DNA of 64,000 nt from Yuukianura sp. NJ FZ-2021. Lineage: Eukaryota. Made by a program: the position numbers and the translations under genes. Location: contig CM102284.1 in assembly GCA_046563655.1 (NCBI GenBank), positions 6,634,001 to 6,698,000 of the forward strand, read 5' to 3'. Of this stretch, positions 40,399 to 57,400 are shown piece by piece. Under the pieces are notes generated by a model, which had not been told where the DNA came from, did not search any database, and worked only from the letters and a program-made list of their open reading frames with translations. How positions within the stretch are numbered: the stretch's first letter is position 1; every line of letters begins with the position of its first letter.

Positions 40399-40697
40399 AG
40401 CGAAAAATATGGAAAGATTTCAAAATTTGCAAAATTTCTAAAATTCAGTACAAACTTGGCGAATAAAGGCTATGTCAGTCTATCTTTAATCATTTGCAAT
40501 AAAATGTTGTTGTGTTTTTAGCACAAGGGTCATTGCACTCCGCTTTCTCCAACTGTATTCAGATTCCAGTTGTTTTCATAATTAGTTAACTACACATTTG
40601 AATTAATTGAGAGAAATTAACTGATAGAATTGATTGTTCCTCAATCATTTTCATCCAGAAAGTCCAGGTTCAAGTATTGTCCAAGTCTCACGTCAAA

Positions 40698-42347
40698 ATG
40701 AAGCTGCTCTTTTTCCTTTCTTTAGTCACTTTGGCCCAGTCCCAGTTTTTTGACCCCGTCATTGATGACAAAACGTATTTGGACCGAGTTGACCTGCAAC
40801 TTACAGCAGAAGTGGAGTCCTCTGCGATGGAATTGATTCAGCAAGCAAACATAACTGAAAAAGTTACAAAATCATACATTGCAATTAAGCTCAAGGACAA
40901 TGTTCTCAAGGTATTTCAAAATTTCAAACAAAAATTATGAAATCTCTTCCAAAACTCCAAAAAAAAATCTCAAAATCATAGGCTTTGCGAACATTGGCGC
41001 TTGCCGAAAGCGTAAATTTGGAAGAAACAGTTAAGAAACCATACCGAAGCGGGAGACAAGATGGAGGCGGCAGTTCTGGAGAATCGGACAACGCAGATTC
41101 CGAACAATCTGAAGGCGGTGACGACGAATCAGCCACGGAAAGAGCCACGACGCCTCTCACTGGTCTCAGCACTGCTGTCAAAATCAATCAAAACGTAAAA
41201 TTTCAAATTTCAATCAAAAGGTCCGCCGACAAAAGCGGATATACAAAATCGTACTCTTACAAAAGCGGATATACAAAATCGTACTCTTACAAAAGCGGAT
41301 CCTTACAAAAGCGGATTCCTACAAAAGCGTACCCTTACAAAATCGGATCCCTACAAAAGAGGATGCCGGGGTATCCTTGTTTTTGTTAAGTTTGTCATAG
41401 GTAGTTTCATGATTGGTGTTTAAAAAAAATTTGTGCGAATGATAGGGGTCAGGCTGAAGATGTAGACCGTGCCCCCGAGATGTTTATAGTTTCCCGCGCC
41501 GAAGGCGCGGTGTTAGGTTATTTAAAGTTCACAATTGTGATTAAGTCTATTGGTTAGGTTTTGTTTTTTAATTGATTTTAGGTTAATTTACGTTAGGTTA
41601 GGCTAACCTCGCACATATCCTCTTTTGTAGGGATCCGATTTTGTACGGGTCCGCTTTTGTAAGGATCCGCTTTTGAAGGGTACGAATTTGTAAAGTAGCT
41701 TTTGTAAATTGTACGCTTTTGTAAGAGTACGATTTTGTATATCCGCTTTTGTCGGCGAGTCCAATCAAAAATATTTCCAATTTTCAAAAAATGTGCAAAA
41801 TTACCACTTTTAGGTGTTTCAATTCATTGGAGAAGCAATTAAAACGATCTTCAAAGGTGTCGGAGGTGGTGGGGCCGCTGCTGGGAAGGCAGACGTGGCT
41901 CGTGAAGGACTCAACGATTCTTCCTTGACCACCGTTTTGCCAAGTCTGATGCTGCGCCCTTATGCAGAACAATTGGTTGGTATTGTCAATCTTTTTCGAA
42001 ATCCACCAAACAACTCTTCATCTCCGGCTGCTGGAAGTCTACCCGCCAGCCTCGATCGTCTTAACCCCTTCAAAGTCCTGTTTGGAAACAGAGCAAGTAC
42101 GTTTACCAGTGATTTTGAACATTTTTTTTTCCAAATTTCGAAAAAGTACTTTTTTTTTCTTCAAAAATTTACCTAAACAGGAGCCATGGATCCGGAACAG
42201 AAGGACGTGGTTGAGTACATTGAAAATGTGAGACAGACGTATCCAACTCTCCTTCCAGATTTGTACTCTGGAATTACAGAATCTCAGCGTCTTCTGGATG
42301 CCATGTCAAAGGTCGTCACTGGAATCCGTCAAGACTTCCATACCTGA
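40698..42347 (+). CDS. Uncharacterized secreted protein, 4 exons
   Basis: Signal peptide MKLLFFLSLVTLAQS. Exons at about 40698-40910, 40983-41194, 41814-42096 and 42181-42347 join in frame. Contains RSGRQ and an acidic Gly/Ser linker; stop TGA at 42345-42347. Confidence 0.72.
41220..41761. mobile_element. Foldback/MULE-like non-autonomous element with long modular TIRs and 9-bp TSD
   Basis: About 145-bp inverted arms built from roughly 15-bp acaaaagcggat-type subrepeats. Termini are ggtccgccgac and gtcggcgagtc. TSD caatcaaaa lies at 41211-41219 and 41762-41770. Confidence 0.88.
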
Positions 42348-42864
42348 AAAGCAGAAACACAGTTATAAATTAGTAATTAATTTAACTTTGCAAATGAATA
42401 ATTCAAGTTCCTTACCCTCATTTGCGAATCCGAATCCGACATAAAGCTATAATAGCTAAAATAGCATAAAAAGTGAATATCTTTCCGTTTTATTTCGTCA
42501 TGGAACATCGAGTAAAATTCACACTTGAAAAAAGTTCACTAACTTTTAGTACACAAGCAATGAGAACAACCTTAATTTCTATCAAGTACTAACTTAATTG
42601 ATAAGTGTTAAATCTTGGTTACTGAAATTTGTCAAGGAGCGAGGTCAAAGGTCAAGTCTTAAACTAGGGTGACCTTACAACTTCAACTCCTAAACTTGGC
42701 CGTACAAAATCACATATCAATTCACAACCAAAATAAGCAAAACTATAGGCCCCACTAACCTGTTACTAAATTTAGGTTAAACTAAATCTACTTGTCGTAG
42801 GTCATTGTGATGAACAGCATTATTTCAAAAAGTTGTGACCTGAGTGACGCTAACGCTTCCTCCT

Positions 42865-48223
<5,359 letters not shown>

Positions 48224-49295
48224 CTTGAATCCTCAAAGCAGCGACAGTGATATCAAGATCATGCCTTGAAATTCTACAGCTTTACGAATATCTTCTTTGG
48301 ATGCTAACTGATGATATCGAAGTCTTTGCAATACTTCTACCCTCCTCCGTCATCATCTTCTTCAGTACTCTGCTGAGTATACTAAATTCCTGTTGAATTC
48401 CATCTCTTCAATTATTTCTCACCTACTTCAACCGATTTGTGTTGTAATTGAGTATTCTCACGAACGATCCTTCGCCAAAATTAACTGACAATTTGATGTA
48501 GTAGCTCGATGCTCCTGTCCCACCGCCTTTAGATGACCAGTGTACCTCGTTTCTTCAAGTTTGAGTTAGCCTAAATGCGGTAGTAGTGGTGGTAAGTGAT
48601 TAGATAATAACTGTAAATTGAGGTCTTCAGGAGATGATGAGATCTTGTGTAATTTGGTTGCGTGTTTTGCAGATTTTCCTGTCTCCCAGAAGCACTCCAA
48701 TGTATATAACAGCTCACCAGCTGATTCTACGACAGAACAAAGGTTTTTACAACAATTAGAATTGAATAACCAAAGAGGTGCCAAACTATCGTCATCACTG
48801 CTCACCTTATTACCATTGTCGAGGAACAGTTAATTGTTATGTTTGGCCGTGACGAAGATGAGGGAGGCAAGATACGAGCAGCAACAGCAGGAGACAGCCC
48901 ATACAAGGCAGAGCTTCCTATTGTTCTCTTCACACCTCTTGAGTGGAGTCAGAGATGAGGAAATGCATCATGCCCAAAGGCAACCGATTTTCTTTACCTC
49001 AAAACTCCATTGTTGGAAGTCCTAACGTAGAAAAAAATGTTAATGTTACTTCTAAATATGGAAAGACCACTTAAAAGTAATTAACTTCTTACAAAACCAC
49101 TTACGCACTCTCATTTCTTGAGTTTCGGGTCGGAACATTCCAATGAATTGCTTAATTTACTTAATTAATCAAATTAAATTAAGTAAATAAATCCACAACA
49201 AAGAGTTCAACTTCACTTCAATTGTTTTTCAAAATGAACAAAGGATTTATTTCAGCAATTTTTCAAATTCAAAAATTTCCCACCAACACAGGAAG

Positions 49296-49476
49296 AGTGA
49301 CGTCAGGAGTCACTACGTGACGTCACCAAATTGAAAAAGGGGAACCTTTTTGATTCGCATAATCTCCGCATAGCATCCGGCCAAAATCGAGGGTCCACTT
49401 TGTGGATAGCAGTCTGCACGACACGCAAAAATCAACACAATTCACACTGTGACTTCGCAGCAACCGACACTCACTG
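49296..49476 (-). mobile_element. Dispersed repeat family, copy 6
   Basis: Reverse complement copy ending ...gcaaccgacactcactg, with tgacgtca at about 49298 and 49318. Confidence 0.85.
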
Positions 49477-49841
49477 TTTTCCTTTTATCTTCCCTGTTAT
49501 TTCTTACCTGGCGTACAACTTATTCAGAAATTTTGAAAACATTGGACAAGTCAAATTTTGATTTGTTGTATGAATTGAATGTTAAAGAAATTTTGAAGTT
49601 CATTTGTTGTAATTCATGAAATTTATATGAAACAATGTTTTGCAATTTGTGTCGAACAACGGAACTCTCTGTTCTACAAGGCACTAAATAAGAGAAAAAC
49701 AGTTAGGGTCATGTAAGGTCAAGTTTTGTTCTTTGGTTATTTTTGGAACATGAGGTTATGTTTATTTTGAATTTTGAAAGCGGAAGAGTTCGGGTTTTGT
49801 GTTTGAACAGTTTGTTAGAAATTCTAAGTTTCACAGTAAGC

Positions 49842-50607
49842 ATGTCCCTCTGGATCGCATTTTGGATTTGTTTAGGTGAGAGCAATAAGTGAATGTTGAA
49901 TTGGAATTTTGAAAAGATTTAATTTTTAAAAATATTTTTAGTATTTGAAATAAGTGCTGCCAGAATCCTCACCAGTACTGGCAATAGCAATTCAAACACT
50001 GAAATACTTCTGCTACGAAACAGTCAAGAGCGAAAGGACATTCCAAAACCATTGGCTTCAGCATCAGATCTTCCGCCCACTATCGTCAACATTCCAGTTC
50101 CAGGAAAACCGGAGCTACAGGCCAAACCACCCGTGACCTTTGAAATTGAAAAACCCGGGAAACCGGAAGTGGAGTTCGTGGCGGTACCGGATATCCAATT
50201 GGAGCTGACGCCTGTATCCAAGCCAATTCCGATTCCATCTCCCCCAAGTGGAAATTACGCAAGGTCAAGCGCCTTTGTTTCAAGTTCCACTGCTTCCGCA
50301 AATTTCTTTCGCAAATCCTTTCGGTGACCTCTTTGGAAATTTTAAACCACTGGAATGGAAACCGCTGGAATGGAAACCGCTGGAATGGAAACCGTGGAAA
50401 CCCCTCACTGGACTAAGTTTGGGCTGGTCAGCTGAACCACCAAAGCCGTTGTATGCCAGAATCAGAGACTTTTTCAAAAATGTGTTTGGAAAGGTCACAG
50501 AGGTCACCGGAGTTGGCTCAATACTTCCCAACAGTACGACTATTCAAGCCCAAGCTGATCTGGTCATTGGTGTACTCAAAGTCCTTATGATGGATTCGCC
50601 ATTTTAG
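49842..50607 (+). CDS. Pro-rich secreted protein with KPLEW repeats, apparently frameshifted at the C5 run 50241-50245
   Basis: Exon 1 MSLWIAFWICL|, then exon 2 from 49942 VFEISAARIL...PIPIPSP. The +1 frame continues QVEITQGQ...KPLEWKPLEWKPLEWKPW...DSPF*. AATAAA at about 50705. Confidence 0.62.
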
Positions 50608-50891
50608 TTATGAAGTTGATTTAAATTATTTACGTTTTACATATTCTTTTATTATTTATTTTTACATAACATTTTGTGTTTTGTTTGGATTGGAACAGTC
50701 AAGAAATAAAAGTTAGTGAAAGCATTTCAACTTACAAAAGTATGAAGATATTGGCAGTTTTTACGAAACTTGTCAAACTAAATAGTTACAGTCCACTGCA
50801 ACCTGTGCTCGAAACCTTTTAAATTTTTACCGGTATTCCAATGTACTCAGACCAAGAAATAAACTAACAGTTAATTAAACATTTGAATTAG

Positions 50892-51369
50892 TTAAACAAC
50901 AAATAAGTTCAAGATCATCAATGTCAAGGTCATGGAAAACGCAAAGTTGAGCTGTGCAGCTCCGTCGAATGAAAAGATCTGAATCCGGGATTCTTCCTGT
51001 TTGTATGGGTCACTTCCGTCGTCGAAATGCATCGGGCATTGGTCACCTTAAGTTCAGGATTGAGTTAAATTAAACTAATTGATGAATAGTTCATTTAAAA
51101 ACCTTTGTTAAATTCCTTACGTTCTCGTTCATATTCCTCCATGACAATTGCCACAGCAGCGGCGTGTGTGTGGTTGTAACTGTCGACGTCTTGCTTGAGG
51201 TCACAGAATGGTCCAATTGACAGGGACATGAGGACCCTGGTCAAATCTGACCTCTGGTACACCCAGCAACGGTAGCGACTAAAGGCATCCAATTCATCAT
51301 AAGTGATCAAGTACGATTTGAGATTCTCCTTCCAGTAGCCTATGCATTTCATCTTGTAGTCAGGGTCAC
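50892..51369 (-). CDS. Last two exons (51121-51369 and 50892-51046) of a Cys-containing extracellular protein with a hydrophobic, GPI-signal-like C-terminus; 5' part not in this window
   Basis: DPDYKMKCIGYWKENLKSYLITYDELDAFSRYRCWVYQR...GPFCDL...ERE|RDQCPMHFDDGSDPY...GAAQLNFAFSMTLTLMILNLFVV*. The first visible exon begins at a ttcag acceptor. From memory it resembles conserved uncharacterized arthropod proteins; this is unverified. Confidence 0.75.
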
Positions 51370-51463
51370 CTGAAGGCCAAAGGTCAACTTTCAATTTGTC
51401 CTCAAAATTTAAACAAAAAAAAACAGAAAAAAGAAATAGAAATGGAAGCAGAGGATTAGGATT

Positions 51464-54400
51464 ATCTATTTTCCAATGGAAAATCTATTTTCCAATGGAA
51501 AATCTATTTTCCAATGGAAAATCTATTTTAGAATTGAAAATCTTTTTTCCAATGGAAAATCTTTTTTCCAATGCAAAATCTTTTTTCCAATGGAAAATCT
51601 CTTTTCCAATGGAAAATCTTTTTTCCAATGGAAAATCTTTTTTCCAATGGAAAATCTTTTTTCCAATGGAAAATCTTTTTTCCAATGGAAAATCTTTTTT
51701 CCAATGGAAAATCTTTTTTCCAATGGAAATCTTTTTTCCAATGGAAAATCTTTTTTCCAATGGAAATCTTTTTTCCAATGGAAAATCTTTTTTCCAATGG
51801 AAATCTTTTTTCCAATGGAAAATCTATTTTCCAATGGAAAATTTTCTTTCCAATGGAAAATTCAATGGAAAATTTTTTTCCAATGGAAATCTTTTTTCCA
51901 ATGGAAAATCTATTTTCCAATGGAAAATTTTCTTTCCAATGGAAATCTTTTTTCCAATGGAAAATCTTTTTTCCAATGGAAAATCTTTTTTCCAATGGAA
52001 ATCTTTTTTCCAATGGAAAATCTATTTTCCAATGGAAAATTTTCTTTCCAATGGAAAATTTTTTTTCCAATTTTTCCAATGGAAAATCTTTTTTCCAATG
52101 GAAAATCTATTTTCCAATGGAAAATTTATTTTCCAATGGAAAATCTTTTTCCAATGGAAAATCTTTTTCCAATGGAAAATCTATTTTCCAATGGAAAATC
52201 TATTTTCCAATGGAAAATCTTTTTTCCAATGGAAAATGGAAAATCTTTTTTTCCAATGGAAAATCTATTTTCCAATGGAAAATCTTTCTTCCAGTGGAAA
52301 ATGGAAAATCTTTTTTCCAATGGAAAATCTATTTTCCAATGGAAAATCTATTTTCCAATGGAAAATCTATTTTCCAATGGAAAATCTATTTTCCAATGGA
52401 AAATCTATTTTCCAATGGAAAATCTATTTTCCAATGGAAAATCTATTTTCCAATGGAAAATCTATTTTCCAATGGAAAATCTATTTTCCAATGGAAAATC
52501 TATTTTCCAATGGAAAATCTATTTTCCAATGGAAAATCTATTTTCCAATGGAAAATCTATTTTCCAATGGAAAATCTATTTTCCAATGGAAAATCTATTT
52601 TCCAATGGAAAATCTATTTTCCAATGGAAAATCTTTTTTCCAATGGAAAATCTATTTTCCAATGGAAAATCTATTTTCCAATGGAAAATCTTTTTTCCAA
52701 TGGAAAATCTATTTTCCAATGGAAAATCTATTTTCCAATGGAAAATCTATTTTCCAATGGAAAATCTATTTTCCAATGGAAAATCTATTTTCCAATGGAA
52801 AATCTATTTTCCAATGGAAAATCTATTTTCCAATGGAAAATTTTTTTCCAATGGAAAATCCTTTTTCCATTGAAATCTTTTTTCCAATGGAAAATCTATT
52901 TTCCAATGGAAAATCTACTTTCCAATGGAAAATCTATTTTCCAATGGAAAATCTATTTTCCAATGGAAAATCTATTTTCCACCGGAAAATCTATTCTCCA
53001 ATGGAAAATCTATTTTCCAATGGAAAATCTATTTTCCAATGGAAAATCTATTTTCCAATGGAAAATCTATTTTCCAATGGAAAATCTTTTTTCCAATGGA
53101 AAATCTATTTTCCAATGGAAAATCTATTTTCCAATGGAAAATCTATTTTCCAATGGAAAATCTTTTTTCCAATGGAAAATCTATTTTCCAATGGAAAATC
53201 TATTTTCCAATGGAAAATCTTTTTTCCAATGGAAAATCTTTTTTCCAATGGAAAATCTTTTTTCCAATGGAAAATCTTTTTTCCAATGGAAAATCTTTTT
53301 TCCAATGGAAAATCTATTTTCCAATGGAAAATTTTCTTTCCAATGGAAAATTTTTTTTCCAATGGAAAATTTTCCAATGGAAATCTTTTTTCCAATGGAA
53401 AATCTATTTTCCAATGGAAAATTTTCTTTCCAATGGAAAATTTTTTTTCCAATGGAAAATCTTTTTCCAATGGAAAATCTATTTTCCAATGGAAAATCTA
53501 TTTTCCAATGGAAAATCTTTTTCCAATGGAAAATCTATTTTCCAATGGAAATCTTTTTTCCAATGGAAAATCTATTTTCCAATGGAAAATTTTCTTTCCA
53601 ATGGAAAATTTTTTTTCCAATGGAAAATCTTTTTTCCAATGGAAAATCTATTTTCCAATGGAAAATCTATTTTCCAATGGAAAATCTTTTTCCAATGGAA
53701 AATCTTTTTCCAATGGAAAATCTTTTTCCAATGGAAAATCTTTTTCCAATGGAAAATCTATTTTCCAATGGAAAATCTATTTTCCAATGGAAAATCTGCT
53801 TTCCAATGGAAAATTTTTTTCCAATGGAAAATGTTTTTCCAATGGAAAATTTTTTTCCAATGGAAAATCCATTTTCCAATGGAAAATTTTTTTCCAATGG
53901 AAAATCTATTTTCCAATGGAAAATCTATTTTCCAATGGAAAATCTATTTTCCAATGGAAAATCTATTTTCCAATGGAAAATCTTTTTTCCAATGGAAAAT
54001 CTTTTTCCAATGGAAAATCTTTTTCCAATGGAAAATCTTTTTCCAATGGAAAATCTATTTTCCAATGGAAAATCTTTTTTCCAATGGAAAATCTATTTTC
54101 CAATGGAAAATCTATTTTCCAATGGAAAATCTTTTTTCCAATGGAAAATCTTTTTTCCAATGGAAAATCTATTTTCCAATGGAAAATCTATTTTCCAATG
54201 GAAAATCTTTTTTCCAATGGAAAATCTATTTTCCAATGGAAAATTTTCTTTCCAATGGAAAATCTTTTTTCCAATGGAAAATCTTTTTTCCAATGGAAAA
54301 TCTATTTTCCAATGGAAAATCTATTTTCCAATGGAAAATTTTCTTTCCAATGGAAAATCTATTTTCCAATGGAAAATCTATTTTCCAATGGAAAATCTAT

Positions 54401-57400
54401 TTTCCAATGGAAAATCTATTTTCCAATGGAAAATTTTCTTTCCAATGGAAAATCTATTTTCCAATGGAAAATCTATTTTCCAATGGAAAATCTATTTTCC
54501 AATGGAAAATCTATTTTCCAATGGAAAATGGAAAATCTTTTTTCCAATGGAAAATCTATTTTCCAATGGAAAATCTATTTTCCAATGGAAAATCTATTTT
54601 CCAATGGAAAATCTATTTTCCAATGGAAAATCTATTTTCCAATGGAAAATCTATTTTCCAATGGAAAATCTATTTTCCAATGGAAAATTTTCTTTCCAAT
54701 GGAAAATCTATTTTCCAATGGAAAATCTATTTTCCAATGGAAAATCTATTTTCCAATGGAAAATCTATTTTCCAATGGAAAATCTATTTTCCAATGGAAA
54801 ATCTATTTTCCAATGGAAAATCTATTTTCCAATGGAAAATCTATTTTCCAATGGAAAATCTATTTTCCAATGGAAAATCTATTTTCCAATGGAAAATCTA
54901 TTTTCCAATGGAAAATCTATTTTCCAATGGAAAATCTATTTTCCAATGGAAAATCTATTTTCCAATGGAAAATCTATTTTCCAATGGAAAATCTATTTTC
55001 CAATGGAAAATCTATTTTCCAATGGAAAATCTATTTTCCAATGGAAAATCTATTTTCCAATGGAAAATCTTGTTTCCAATGGAAAATCTATTTTCCAATG
55101 GAAAATCTATTTTCCAATGGAAAATCTTTTTTCCAATGGAAAATCTATTTTCCAATGGAAAATCTTTTTCCAATGGAAAATCTTTTTCCAATGGAAAATC
55201 CTTTTTCCAATGGAAAATCTATTTTCCAATGGAAAATCTATTTTCCAATGGAAAATCTATTTTCCAATGGAAAATCTATTTTCCAATGGAAAATCCTTTT
55301 TCCAATGGAAAATCCTTTTTCCAATGGAAAATCTATTTTCCAATGGAAAATTTTCTTTCCAATGGAAAATTTTTTTTTCCAATGGAAAATCTTTTTTCCA
55401 ATGGAAAATCTATTTTCCAATGGAAAATCTTTTTTCCAATGGAAAATGGAAAATCTATTTTCCTATGGAAAATCTATTTTCCAATGGAAAATCTTTTTTC
55501 CAATGGAAAATCTTTTTTCCAATGGAAAATCTTTTTTCCAATGGAAAATCTTTTTTCCAATGGAAAATTTTTTTCCAATGGAAAATCTATTTTCCAATGG
55601 AAAATCTTTTTTCCAATGGAAAATCTATTTTCCAATGGAAAATCTATTTTCCAATGGAAAATCTTTTTTCCAATGGAAAATCTTTTTTCCAATGGAAAAT
55701 CTATTTTCCAATGGAAAATCTTTTTTCAATGGAAAATCTTTTTTCAATGGAAAATCTTTTTTCCAATGGAAAATTTTCTTTCCAATGGAAAATTTTTTTT
55801 CCAATGGAAAATCTTTTTTCCAATGGAAATCTTTTTTCCAATGGAAAATCTATTTTCCAATGGAAAATTTTCTTTCCAATGGAAAATTTTTTTTCCAATG
55901 GAAAATCTTTTTTCCAATGGAAAATCTATTTTCCAATGGAAAATCTATTTTCCAATGGAAAATCTTTTTCCAATGGAAAATCTATTTTCCAATGGAAAAT
56001 CTATTTTCCAGTGGAAAATCTATTTTCCAATGGAAAATTTTCTTTCCAATGGAAAATCTTTTTTCCAATGGAAAATCTTTTTTCCAATGGAAAATCTATT
56101 TTCCAATGGAAAATCTATTTTCCAATGGAAAATCTTTTTTCCAATGGAAAATCTTTTTTCCAATGGAAATCTTTTTTCCAATGGAAAATCTATTTTCCAA
56201 TGGAAAATTTTCTTTCCAATGGAAAATTATGGAAATCTTTTTTCCAATGGAAAATCTATTTTCCAATGGAAAATTTTCTTTCCAATGGAAAATTTTTTTT
56301 CCAATGGAAAATCTTTTTTCCAATGGAAAATCTATTTTCCAATGGAAAATCTATTTTCCAATGGAAAATCTTTTTTCCAATGGAAAATCTTTTTTCCAAT
56401 GGAAAATCTTTTTTCCAATGGAAAATCTTTTTCCAATGGAAAATCTTTTTCCAATGGAAAATCTATTTTCCAATGGAAAATCTTTTTTCCAATGGAAAAT
56501 CTATTTTCCAATGGAAAATCTATTTTCCAATGGAAAATCTTTTTTCCAATGGAAAATCTTTTTTCCAATGGAAAAAATCTTTTTTCCAATGGAAAATCTA
56601 TTTTCCAATGGAAAATTTTCTTTCCAATGGAAAATCTTTTTTCCAATGGAAAATCTTTTTCCCAATGGAAAATCTTTTTTCCAATGGAAAATCTATTTTC
56701 CAATGGAAAATCTATTTTCCAATGGAAAATTTTTTTCCGATGGAAAATTTTTTTCCAATGGAAAATTTTTTTCCAATGGAAAATCTATTTTCCAATGGAA
56801 AATTTTTTTCCAATGGAAAATTTTTTTCCAATGGAAAATTTTTTTCCAATGGAAAATCTATTTTCCAATGGAAAATTTTTTTCCAATGGAAAATGGAAAA
56901 TCTATTTTCCAATGGAAAATCTATTTTCCAATGGAAAATCTATTTTCCAATGGAAAATCTTTTTCCAATGGAAAATCTTTTTCCAATGGAAAATCTTTTT
57001 CCAATGGAAAATTTATTTTTCAATGGAAAATTTATTTTCCAATGGAAAATCTTTTTTCCAATGGAAAATCTTTTTTCCAATGGAAAATTTATTTTCCAAT
57101 GGAAAATCTTTTTTCCAATGGAAAATCTTTTTTCAATGGAAAATCTTTTTTCCAATGGAAAAGCTTTTTCCAATGGAAAATTTTTTTTCCAATGGAAAAT
57201 CTATTTTCCAATGGAAAATCTGCTTTCCAATGGAAAATTTTTTTCCAATGGAAAATGTTTTTCCAATGGAAAATTTTTTTCCAATGGAAAATCTATTTTC
57301 CAATGGAAAATTTTTTTCCAATGGAAAATTTTTTTCCAATGGAAAATCTATTTTCCAATGGAAAATCTTTTTTCCAATGGAAAATCTATTTTCCAATGGA

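Noticed and set aside
41195-41389. SGYTKSYSYK repeat extension of ORF 40985-41389
   Set aside because: This is read-through into the intronic foldback element past the donor at about 41195.
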